Shown piece after piece: positions 5,659 through 13,827 of a stretch of DNA of 64,000 nt. The DNA is from Syntrophaceae bacterium UBA4054 (GTDB lineage: Bacteria; Desulfobacterota; Syntrophia; Syntrophales; UBA4778): NCBI GenBank assembly GCA_002383495.1, contig DFZO01000001.1:4374-68373 (forward strand). The letters run 5' to 3'. A program made the position numbers and the translations under genes. Below the pieces are notes generated by a model. It worked only from the letters and a program-made list of their open reading frames with translations, was not told the DNA's origin and searched no databases. The first letter of the stretch is position 1. Each line of letters begins with the position of its first letter.

Positions 5659-6099
5659 ATGAAAAAAATCTTTATTCTTTGTTTGGCATTATCTTTCCTT
5701 GCCGTTTTCTCGACTGGCGATCTCATCGCCGCTGAGAAGGCAAAACCCGTGAAGCAGAAAGCATCAGCCAAAAGATCCGTAAAGGTGCCTGTCCCGAAGG
5801 TGATTGAGACATTCCTGGGTGTCGTTGCCGGGATAGACACGGCGGAAAAGACGCTCGCCGTCCGGGCGCGCTACGCCGCGGAATACTATTTCGATTCGGG
5901 CTTCATGATGGAGAAGGAATTTGTGCTCGATGAAGACGACATCACATTCGACATCTCGGAAGCCAAATTCGCGGGATGCGGTCCCCAAAGTTGCGCAAAG
6001 GCGGAGGATTTCAAAACGGGGGATCATGTCCGGGTAGCCTATGAAAGGAAGGGCGACAAATATATCGCCAATATCGTGCTGAGAATCGGGAAAAGATAG
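5659..6099 (+). CDS. secreted protein with one copy of a ~95-aa repeat domain (D1)
   Basis: 146 aa with AAGGAGG upstream. The signal peptide is MKKIFILCLALSFLAVFSTGDLIAA, followed by a Lys/Ala-rich linker. The domain runs VIETFLGVVAGIDTAEKTLAVRA...ITFDISEAKF...GDHVRVAYERKGDKYIANIVLRIGKR. Confidence 0.8.
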   Translation: MKKIFILCLALSFLAVFSTGDLIAAEKAKPVKQKASAKRSVKVPVPKVIETFLGVVAGIDTAEKTLAVRARYAAEYYFDSGFMMEKEFVLDEDDITFDISEAKFAGCGPQSCAKAEDFKTGDHVRVAYERKGDKYIANIVLRIGKR

Positions 6100-6114
6100 G
6101 AAAGGAGGAAAATC

Positions 6115-6825
6115 ATGAAGAAACGATTCATCATTTACTGTGCGGCAGTATTGACCATTGTTTTTTTCATCACGGGGGCCATGGCCCAGGATAAGGCCAA
6201 AGCGGCGACGAAGAAGGCAACAAAACAAAAGAAAGTAAAGGTGGAAGCCCCTAAAGTGATCGAGACCTTTCTGGGAACGGTCGCCGGTGTGGACGCAGCC
6301 GGAAAGAAACTGACCGTTCGCGCATTGTACGGAACGGAATACCACATCAGCGGAGGCAACATCGCCACGAGGGAGTTCATCGCCGACGAAGTGGATCTAA
6401 CCTTTGACATTGCCAAGGCGAAGCTTGTGGGATTTTCGGGAATCGGGGACATCCACGCAGGCAGCCATGTCCGGGTGGGTTATGACTGCAAAGGTGAAGC
6501 CCTGATCGCCCACACGGTTCTCCACATCCCGCCGAAGCGGGACAGATCGGTCACAAGGACTTTTCTGGGCACGGTTACCGGAGTGGATGAAGCGAAAAAG
6601 GCTTTGACTGTGAGGGCAATCCTGGAGGGGGAATTTTACGTAAACGAGGCAAATACGGACCTCAAGGAGTATGTCCTTGACGAGAAAGACATCACCTTTG
6701 ACACCTCAAAGGCCGTCTTCGTGGGGAATAAGAAGATTATCAAGGGAGACACTGTCCGCGTGGGTTTTGACGAAAAGAAGGGCGCCTATGTCGCCCATAC
6801 GGTGCTGAAAATCGAAAAGAGATAG
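6115..6825 (+). CDS. secreted protein with two tandem copies of the same ~95-aa domain (D2)
   Basis: 236 aa with AAGGAGG upstream, a signal peptide and a K/A-rich linker. It has two repeats, each with TFLGTV.GVD.A.K.LTVRA ... TFD..KA..VG ... G..VRVG.D.K....AHTVL.I. Confidence 0.8.
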   Translation: MKKRFIIYCAAVLTIVFFITGAMAQDKAKAATKKATKQKKVKVEAPKVIETFLGTVAGVDAAGKKLTVRALYGTEYHISGGNIATREFIADEVDLTFDIAKAKLVGFSGIGDIHAGSHVRVGYDCKGEALIAHTVLHIPPKRDRSVTRTFLGTVTGVDEAKKALTVRAILEGEFYVNEANTDLKEYVLDEKDITFDTSKAVFVGNKKIIKGDTVRVGFDEKKGAYVAHTVLKIEKR

Positions 6826-6985
6826 GTCATGTCAAAAATGCATGAACGACGAGAAATAAAACCATCATCTCTCACAGAGCACATAGAGAATGACCATAAG
6901 GCCATGCGGCTTTTCTGGAATGAAAATAATATTCAATCCGGCAAAACATAGTTTCCCTTTGCGGCCTCGAAAGACCGAAGAAAAT

Positions 6986-7024
6986 GGGCGAGAGGAAAGG
7001 AATTTGAAGAATTTTACAATACCC
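6986..7024 (+). repeat. direct repeat, right copy (39 nt)
   Basis: Same sequence as 2207-2246 minus one A. It lies 118-156 nt upstream of the TolC-like gene. Confidence 0.85.
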
Positions 7025-7057
7025 AGAAATAAGAAAGGCGGACATCCCTGACGCATC

Positions 7058-7086
7058 TTGAAACCTCATGAGAAACCTGCTATGAA
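7058..7086 (+). promoter_or_regulatory. candidate sigma70-type promoter for the exporter operon
   Basis: TTGAAA (7058-7063), a 17-nt spacer, then TATGAA (7081-7086), about 55 nt upstream of the 7142 start. This is a pattern match only. Confidence 0.3.
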
Positions 7087-7141
7087 ATCACAGACACAGG
7101 CAAGGGCAAGGAAAGACATTCAAGAATCGTGAAAGGACCCG

Positions 7142-8716
7142 ATGGTTTACTTGTGGTTGAAATCCTGCTGGATGAACCGCCTGACCCTGGCGGTAATGAT
7201 CATTGTCTTCCTCCAGGCATTTCCGGCCCTTGGTGAAGACAAAAAGATTTCCGGAGCGACACAGGACGCAAAAGTCAGGACCCTCACCCTGGCCGACTGC
7301 GTCATGCTCGCCCTGCAGAACAACGTGGCCATCCGCACGGCTTATCTGGACAGAATTTCCCAGAGGATGTTCCTCCGCGTCGCGGAGGACAAATTCATAC
7401 CGCAGCCGTCCCTCTCCTTCTCCACTACAACCACATCCAACTACAACACCGATAATACCCGGACGCAGGCTGCCGCACAGGACGCCAAGTTTGTGACCAC
7501 CCTGACGCTTCCTACTGGAGGCGCCGTTAATTTCACCTGGGACAATCCGGCGAACAAACCGGATGTGGGGCAGGATTACGGCTACAGTTCGGGCTGGAGC
7601 GTCACCTTCACGCAGCCGATCCTCAAGAATGCCGGAATCGATGCGGCCACCCAATCCGTCCGGCAGGCGCGAATCGCCGAGGAACAGGCCGTTCTTGATC
7701 TGAAAGACACCCTCACAAGCACGATCACGACGACCGTCACGAACTATCGGGCATACCTGTCGGCATTGCGCAGCTACGACATTCAGGTGAAGGGTCTCGA
7801 AACGGCGAGGCAGACCCTCGAAACGAACAAAGCGCTGATCGCAGCCGGAAGGATGGCCCAGACGGAAATTATCCAAACGGAGAACGATGTCGCCAACCAG
7901 GAGTTGAGCGTCATCACCGCCAGGAACAGTATTGACTCGTCTCTCCTGACACTGCTGCAGACGCTCGACCTGGACAGAAACACCCGGTTCCTGCCCGTTG
8001 AGGAGCCGGAGCAGAAGGTATCCCCTCCGTCATTGCAGGAGGCGATCGCCATAGCGATCAAGAACCGCTCGGACTACATCAAGGCGGTTCAGAACCTCGA
8101 TCTAGCAAACCTGGACATGGCCGTCAAGAAACGGGGTCTCCTCTGGGATCTTTCGCTGGTGACAGGCGCCGGCCGCACCGGCACGGATGACACCTACCGG
8201 GGGGCTTTCGGGGATCAGCCGCCCGGGAAAAGCAACTGGAACGTGGGGCTCACGCTCAACATTCCTTTGCGGGACCTGGCAACGGAAAGCACCTATGTGT
8301 CGGCAAAGGTCGCATGGGAAAAAGCCCGGATCAACCTGAAAAAACTGACGGCAGACATCGGGATCGACGTGCAGAACAAGCTCCGCGACATCGATGTCAA
8401 TTACAGGAGCTATATCCTGTCAAAGAAAGGACGGGAACTCGCGGAAAAGAAACTCGCGATCGAACAGGAAAAACTGAAACTCGGCCGGACGACCAATTTC
8501 CAACTGGTCAGTTTCCAGAACGACGTGAGAAACCAGCGAACGACGGAGTTGCAGGCCCTGATCACCTATCTCAATTCCTTGACGGCCCTGGACCAATCGC
8601 TGGGCATTATCCTCAACCGCTGGAACATAGCCGTCAAACGCGAAGACGTGGACGTTAAACTGCCCGAGACGGAGAAAAAAGCGGCTAATCAGAAGGTGTC
8701 GGCAAAGGCAGAGTAA
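7142..8716 (+). CDS. TolC-family outer-membrane efflux protein
   Basis: 524 aa. It has an N-terminal signal-like segment (an alternative start is MNRL at 7172). The pattern LTLADCVMLALQNNVAIR and the two-fold repeated coiled-coil/beta architecture are typical of the OEP family. It is the first gene of a four-gene exporter operon. Confidence 0.85.
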   Translation: MVYLWLKSCWMNRLTLAVMIIVFLQAFPALGEDKKISGATQDAKVRTLTLADCVMLALQNNVAIRTAYLDRISQRMFLRVAEDKFIPQPSLSFSTTTTSNYNTDNTRTQAAAQDAKFVTTLTLPTGGAVNFTWDNPANKPDVGQDYGYSSGWSVTFTQPILKNAGIDAATQSVRQARIAEEQAVLDLKDTLTSTITTTVTNYRAYLSALRSYDIQVKGLETARQTLETNKALIAAGRMAQTEIIQTENDVANQELSVITARNSIDSSLLTLLQTLDLDRNTRFLPVEEPEQKVSPPSLQEAIAIAIKNRSDYIKAVQNLDLANLDMAVKKRGLLWDLSLVTGAGRTGTDDTYRGAFGDQPPGKSNWNVGLTLNIPLRDLATESTYVSAKVAWEKARINLKKLTADIGIDVQNKLRDIDVNYRSYILSKKGRELAEKKLAIEQEKLKLGRTTNFQLVSFQNDVRNQRTTELQALITYLNSLTALDQSLGIILNRWNIAVKREDVDVKLPETEKKAANQKVSAKAE

Positions 8717-8721
8717 AAATC

Positions 8722-10458
8722 ATGGGACAGGACGAAATCATCTACAGGAACATTCTTGAAAATATGTCCGACGGGGTCATGACGATTGGCCTCGACGGCC
8801 ACATCCTCACTTTCAATGAAGCAGCGGAACGGATTCTGAATCTCAAGAGAACAGAGGTCATCAACCGCCTCTTCGGTGAGGTTTTCCTGACCAGGGAAGG
8901 CAACGACGACTTCAATCAGGCCATTCTGAGCGCCGTCTACGACGCCTCCATGTCACAGAACAGCACCGTCAGCTACCACACGGAAGAAAAGACGCTCGCC
9001 CTTTCCGTCACCACATCCTTCCTCCGATCCGCACCGGAGGGAGAGAAGAGGAGCGCGGCCGTCATCGTCGTTTTCAGCGACCGTACAGAGATAGAACAGC
9101 TTCGTCAAAAAGAAAGCGAGCTGAACGAAGAAATCAAGGCCCGGCACCAGGAATTGCAGAAATCCTACCTTGAACTGGAGGATTCAAATGCCCTTCTCCA
9201 GACCGCTCTCAAGAAGGTGCAGATGATCCGCGTCACGGCAACCGCTTTGATCATCCTCCTTTTCGTCGCCATCGGGTTTGTAACCTGGACAAGGACCCAC
9301 CATGGAAAATCAGACGGCATGCCGCTCAAGAGAACAAAAGACGGCGCCCCCATGACCTATACCGTCGTGCCCAGAAATCTCACGGACAGCATTTCTCTCA
9401 AGGGAAACCTGAGGCCGATAAAAGTGGTAAACGTGACGAGCCCCTTCACGGGAACGGTGAAGGAAAAGTTGTTCCAATACGGCGAAACGGTCGCGAAAGG
9501 TCAGATCCTCATCCGCATGGACGTCACGGAGGCGGAATCGAAGTACCGGGACGCTAAAGCGGCCTTCATCAAGGCCGGCGAAAAATATCGGGAAGTCATG
9601 AACTGGCAGAAGAGCGACGAGATGGCCAAGGAGACACGATCCCTGGACAAGACCAAGAAAACATTCCAGGAGACGGAGATCCTTTTCAAGAAAGGCATCG
9701 TTTCTGCCAATGAATACGATGATGCAAAAACCAACTATGAAAATGAACTTCAGACCTTCAGGACCACCCAGGCAAAAGGAGAGGGAGAAAACCTGATCCT
9801 GGCAAAGCTGGAATATGACAACGCGAAAGCAAAACTCAACGAACTTCAGTCTCAGCTGAGCGGGGCGGTTGTCCGCGCCCCCGTTTCCGGCACGGTTATC
9901 CGCTCCGGACTGGCGGACAAGGACAAAAAAGAAAAGGTCATCGAGAGAGGCGCCTCTTTCAACCAGGGTGAGATGCTGGTATCCATCGGCGACACGAGCG
10001 GGCTCTCCGTGACGGCTTCCGTGGACGAGATGGAGGTCACGAAAATCAAGAAAGGTCAGGAGGTCGTGATTACCGGGGAGGCTTATCCCGGCATCTCGCT
10101 CAAGGGGACGGTAAACTATATCTCCTCACAGGCCAATGTCAAGGCAAGCGACGGGGACGGGCCAAAAGTCGCGACGTTTGACATCGGCATCGCCGTGGCG
10201 TCTCTCTCTCCGGAGGCGGCGAACATGGTGCGTCTCGGCATGTCCTCGAATCTGTCCATTCTCATCCTGAACAAGCCAGATGCTATTCTGGTTCCAATCA
10301 ACGCCGTCCGGACGGATGGGGATAACCGCGTCGTGACGGTGATCGATAAGACAAACCGAGAGAGAAAAACGGTCAAGGTGGAAACGGGGATCACCACCCT
10401 GGACTCCGTGGAGATTATCAAGGGCCTGAACCGCGGGGACGAGGTTGTCCTGAATTGA
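8722..10458 (+). CDS. membrane-fusion (HlyD/MacA-type periplasmic adaptor) protein with N-terminal cytoplasmic PAS domain
   Basis: 578 aa. Residues ~5-120 match the PAS pattern (IYRNILENMSDGVMTIGLDGHILTFNEAAERILNLKRTEV). A coiled-coil stretch follows, then a TM segment VTATALIILLFVAIGFVTW. The rest is adaptor-like, with motifs GTVKEKLFQYGETVAKGQILIRMD and VRAPVSGTVI. Confidence 0.8.
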   Translation: MGQDEIIYRNILENMSDGVMTIGLDGHILTFNEAAERILNLKRTEVINRLFGEVFLTREGNDDFNQAILSAVYDASMSQNSTVSYHTEEKTLALSVTTSFLRSAPEGEKRSAAVIVVFSDRTEIEQLRQKESELNEEIKARHQELQKSYLELEDSNALLQTALKKVQMIRVTATALIILLFVAIGFVTWTRTHHGKSDGMPLKRTKDGAPMTYTVVPRNLTDSISLKGNLRPIKVVNVTSPFTGTVKEKLFQYGETVAKGQILIRMDVTEAESKYRDAKAAFIKAGEKYREVMNWQKSDEMAKETRSLDKTKKTFQETEILFKKGIVSANEYDDAKTNYENELQTFRTTQAKGEGENLILAKLEYDNAKAKLNELQSQLSGAVVRAPVSGTVIRSGLADKDKKEKVIERGASFNQGEMLVSIGDTSGLSVTASVDEMEVTKIKKGQEVVITGEAYPGISLKGTVNYISSQANVKASDGDGPKVATFDIGIAVASLSPEAANMVRLGMSSNLSILILNKPDAILVPINAVRTDGDNRVVTVIDKTNRERKTVKVETGITTLDSVEIIKGLNRGDEVVLN

Positions 10459-10467
10459 CGGAATGGA

Positions 10468-11148
10468 ATGGATGTCATGCCCATGCTCAAAGCCGTGGAT
10501 ATCCACAAAACCTATAACGTTGGACCCACGAAGATCGACGTTCTGAAGGGGATTTCCCTGGAAGTGGAGCGTGGAGAACTGCTTGCCGTCGTCGGGGCTT
10601 CCGGCAGCGGCAAGTCTACCCTGATGCACATGCTGGGACTCCTCGAACAGCCCACATCGGGGGACTATTACATCGAAGGGGAAAAGATCAGTTACGACAA
10701 CGATCAGGAGCTCTCAAGCCTCAGAAACCGGAAGATCGGATTCGTTTTCCAGCAGTATTACCTGCTCCCGCGGCTCACCGCCCTGGATAACGTGGGCATC
10801 CCTCTCGTTTATCGCGGGATGAAGGACACCGAGATCAAGGAGCGCTCCATGGCCCTCCTCAAAAAACTGGAAATGACAGACCGGGCCGGACACAAACCCG
10901 ACGAAATGTCCGGGGGCCAGCAACAGCGCGTGGCCATCGCCCGCGCCCTGGTGGGGAACCCCTCTCTCATCCTTGCCGACGAGCCGACGGGAGCTCTCGA
11001 TACGCATACGGGTCAGGAAATCATGAACATCTTCCGGAATCTGAACGAGGAGGAAGGAATCACCATTATTGTGATCACCCACGACCCGAAGATCGCCGCG
11101 CAGTGCAAACGCAGGGAAGAGCTGTCCGACGGGCTGATCGTGAAATGA
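10468..11148 (+). CDS. ABC transporter ATP-binding protein, MacB/LolD/FtsE-like
   Basis: 226 aa with Walker [10 protein letters not shown], signature MSGGQQQR and Walker [13 protein letters not shown]. Confidence 0.9.
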   Translation: MDVMPMLKAVDIHKTYNVGPTKIDVLKGISLEVERGELLAVVGASGSGKSTLMHMLGLLEQPTSGDYYIEGEKISYDNDQELSSLRNRKIGFVFQQYYLLPRLTALDNVGIPLVYRGMKDTEIKERSMALLKKLEMTDRAGHKPDEMSGGQQQRVAIARALVGNPSLILADEPTGALDTHTGQEIMNIFRNLNEEEGITIIVITHDPKIAAQCKRREELSDGLIVK

Positions 11149-11158
11149 TGAAAGGTTC

Positions 11159-12331
11159 ATGATACTGAAGACAAACATAACGGAGGCCTTCCGGAGCCTT
11201 GCCAGCACGAAGCAGCGGACAATCCTTGCGCTGATCGGAATCATCATTGGGATCGGCTCCGTCATCGGCATGGTTTCCATAGGCGCCATCGTCGAGAACG
11301 AAGCGCTCAAGCAATTCCGGGACATGGGCGTCGACATCGCCATGGTGCGAAAAACAGGTTCCGACAAGTCCGCGGAAATGACCCTGAAGGATATTCTCGA
11401 TTTGAAGAAACATGTCCCCGCAGTGCTGGAGGTCGCTCCTTTTCTAACCGCGGAAGGCGATTACGGCTCCGGCAGTAAAAAACTGGATCTGGTACAGATG
11501 GGCGTCACGGAGTCCTTTTTCAACCTCAACAAAATCAGGGCAAGCGAAGGCCGGCTCATCACGGACCTCGACGAGTACAGGTACTTCTGTGTCGTCGGCA
11601 GGGAAACAAGTAATTACCTGAAAAGTCACGGTGCGACGGACATCATCGGCCGTCAGATCCCCCTCGGCAACCGGATTTTCACGATTGTGGGAATCCTCGA
11701 GACCGTCCCGGAGGGCGGAATGAGGCCCTATGGAATCAACAGTTCGGCCATGATGCACATCACGACGGCCGGAAGATCGTTTCAGGATCAGACGCTGAAC
11801 AGTTTTATGGCCCGCCTTGACGGGAAGACATCAACCGCCGAGAGCAAAGCGGCGATCGAGGGTTACTTCACAAAAACAGCGAGGGGACTTCGGGTCTCTG
11901 TCAATACGGCGGAAGAGTTGATCGCGGGCATGAAAAAACAGATGCAGCTTTTTTCGATCCTCCTGGGCGCCATCGGCAGCATCGCCCTGATCGTAGGCGG
12001 CATCGGCGTGATGAACGTGATGCTCATTTCCGTGACCGAGCGGCGCAGAGAAATTGGCCTCCGCCGGGCCTTGGGGGCACAGCAAAAGGATATTCAAACG
12101 CAGTTCATCATCGAATCGGTGACGCTCTGCCTGTTCGGCGGCATCATCGGCATATTTCTCGGCATCGTCGTGTCGTTTGTTTTTGCGCTGATCTCCAAGT
12201 GGGAATTCCTCATATCCTACGGGTCCATCGCCCTCGGCTTCGGCGTGGCCGCCGCCGTGGGAATTTTTTTCGGCTATTATCCGGCCCGAACAGCCTCAAG
12301 ACTCGACCCCATCAGGGCACTGCGGTCTTAA
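11159..12331 (+). CDS. ABC transporter permease, FtsX/MacB type with periplasmic domain
   Basis: 390 aa. It has an N-terminal TM, a large extracytoplasmic domain and a C-terminal FtsX-like 3-TM bundle (RRREIGLRRALGAQQKDI...). Confidence 0.85.
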   Translation: MILKTNITEAFRSLASTKQRTILALIGIIIGIGSVIGMVSIGAIVENEALKQFRDMGVDIAMVRKTGSDKSAEMTLKDILDLKKHVPAVLEVAPFLTAEGDYGSGSKKLDLVQMGVTESFFNLNKIRASEGRLITDLDEYRYFCVVGRETSNYLKSHGATDIIGRQIPLGNRIFTIVGILETVPEGGMRPYGINSSAMMHITTAGRSFQDQTLNSFMARLDGKTSTAESKAAIEGYFTKTARGLRVSVNTAEELIAGMKKQMQLFSILLGAIGSIALIVGGIGVMNVMLISVTERRREIGLRRALGAQQKDIQTQFIIESVTLCLFGGIIGIFLGIVVSFVFALISKWEFLISYGSIALGFGVAAAVGIFFGYYPARTASRLDPIRALRS

Positions 12332-12385
12332 AGCCGCAGATGCACATAATCATATTGGACAACCATAGACGCGCAAGAAGGCTCT

Positions 12386-13827
12386 ATGCCCGCTAACGAA
12401 AATTCCAAGGATGCCCTGATCATTTTCAGCGTCGCCCTCGCGACCTTCATGGGAAGGCTGGACAGCTACATCGTCAATGTATCCCTGCCGACAATGGCAC
12501 GGTATTTCGACTCCAGCCTGAGCGACATCTCCAGGGTTGTTTTTATCTATGTCCTGGCGATGTCGAGCACCCTCCTGTTGTTCGGAAAACTGGCGGACAG
12601 AACGGGGCTGAAGAGACTTTTCCTCTGGGGCTACTTTCTCTTCACCGCAGGTTCGCTGGTATGCGGCGTTTCCACCGGCATCCATATGCTTATCGTTTCA
12701 CGCTTCGTGCAGGAATGGGGAGCTCGATGCTGTCCGCGACATCCCTTGCTATCCTGTCGCGATACATTCCCCCGGAAAAAACCGGGATGGCCTTCGGGAT
12801 CTTCACCTCGGCAAGCGCCCTGTGCATCACTCTTGGAGCGCCTCTGGGCGGATTCATAACGGGATTCATATCCTGGCACTGGATTTTCCTCGTCAACATA
12901 CCGATAGGAATTGCCGCGATCTTTGTTGCCGGAAAAGCCATTCCCAGCGAAAGCCCGTGCGGGCAGGAAGGAACCGCCGCATCTTTTGATTTTCTCGGTG
13001 CCTTCCTGATCCTGACGGCCATATCCCTGCTCCTTTTTGCCCTGAACAACGGCCAGGAATGCGGCTGGACGTCCATCAAGATCGTCCCGGGTTTCGTCTT
13101 GTCCGCCCTCTGCGGTGCGGCCTTTGTCGTGAGAGAAAAGAGATTCGCCTCACCTCTCATCGATATCTCGTTGTTCAGCGATGCCCGGCTTTATCTGCCG
13201 CTCATGGCGAATTTTATTATCTACATGACCATGGCGGGGCACAATTTTCTGATGCCCTTCTATCTCGACCTGCTCAAACACATGACCCCGTCCCGCATCG
13301 GGCTTTTTCTGATGATCTACTCCGTTGTGTTCGTCATCGTTCCCGCCGTCACCGGAAAATACTCCGATAAAACAAATCCCGTCATGATCAGTTCTCTGGC
13401 CATGGTCATCACGGCCTTTTCGTTTTTCTTTTTCTCCTTCACCCTTCATCTCGGGGGACTCCTCTTTGTGGTTGCCTTCTTTGTCATCAGGGCGATCGGC
13501 AACGGCATGTTTGTCCCGCCGAACCACATGCTCATCATGAAGGCTTCTTCCGGAAAAGACGAGGGCGCCGTTTCGGGCGTTCTGAATACGGTGAGCTTTC
13601 TGGGGGCAACCATTGGTGTCGTTCTCTTTGAAAGCGTCTTTTCCCAGATCATTCACCAGACCGGAAGCAATCATACCCTGGACAGTCCGGCCTTTTCAGC
13701 GGATAATCTCTATGCCGGTTTTCGCTATGTCTTCTTCGCACTTGGTGTCATCAGCGTCGCCGGCGTGATCACGTCCTGGCTCACCGGAGCCGCTGCAAAG
13801 AAAACAGCAAAGGAGATTTCACCATGA
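12386..13827 (+). pseudogene. MFS transporter (drug:H+ antiporter-like), apparently frameshifted near 12712-12716
   Basis: The N-terminal frame (12386-) reads ..LDSYIVNVSLPTMARYF..IVSRFVQE and then runs into nonsense. The +1 frame continues GMGSSMLSATSLAILSRYIPPEKTGMAFGIF.., restoring the conserved R..QG.G motif. One extra G in cag-gaa-tgg would join the two frames. Confidence 0.6.

Noticed and set aside
7088-7876. 262-aa minus-strand ORF overlapping the 5' part of the TolC-like gene. Comparable minus-strand ORFs occur at 10126-10629, 10714-11367, 13150-13674, 14367-14894 and 19385-19969.
   Set aside because: They are antisense to plus-strand genes that have clear family signatures. They have no recognisable motifs and a typical GC-rich antisense composition.
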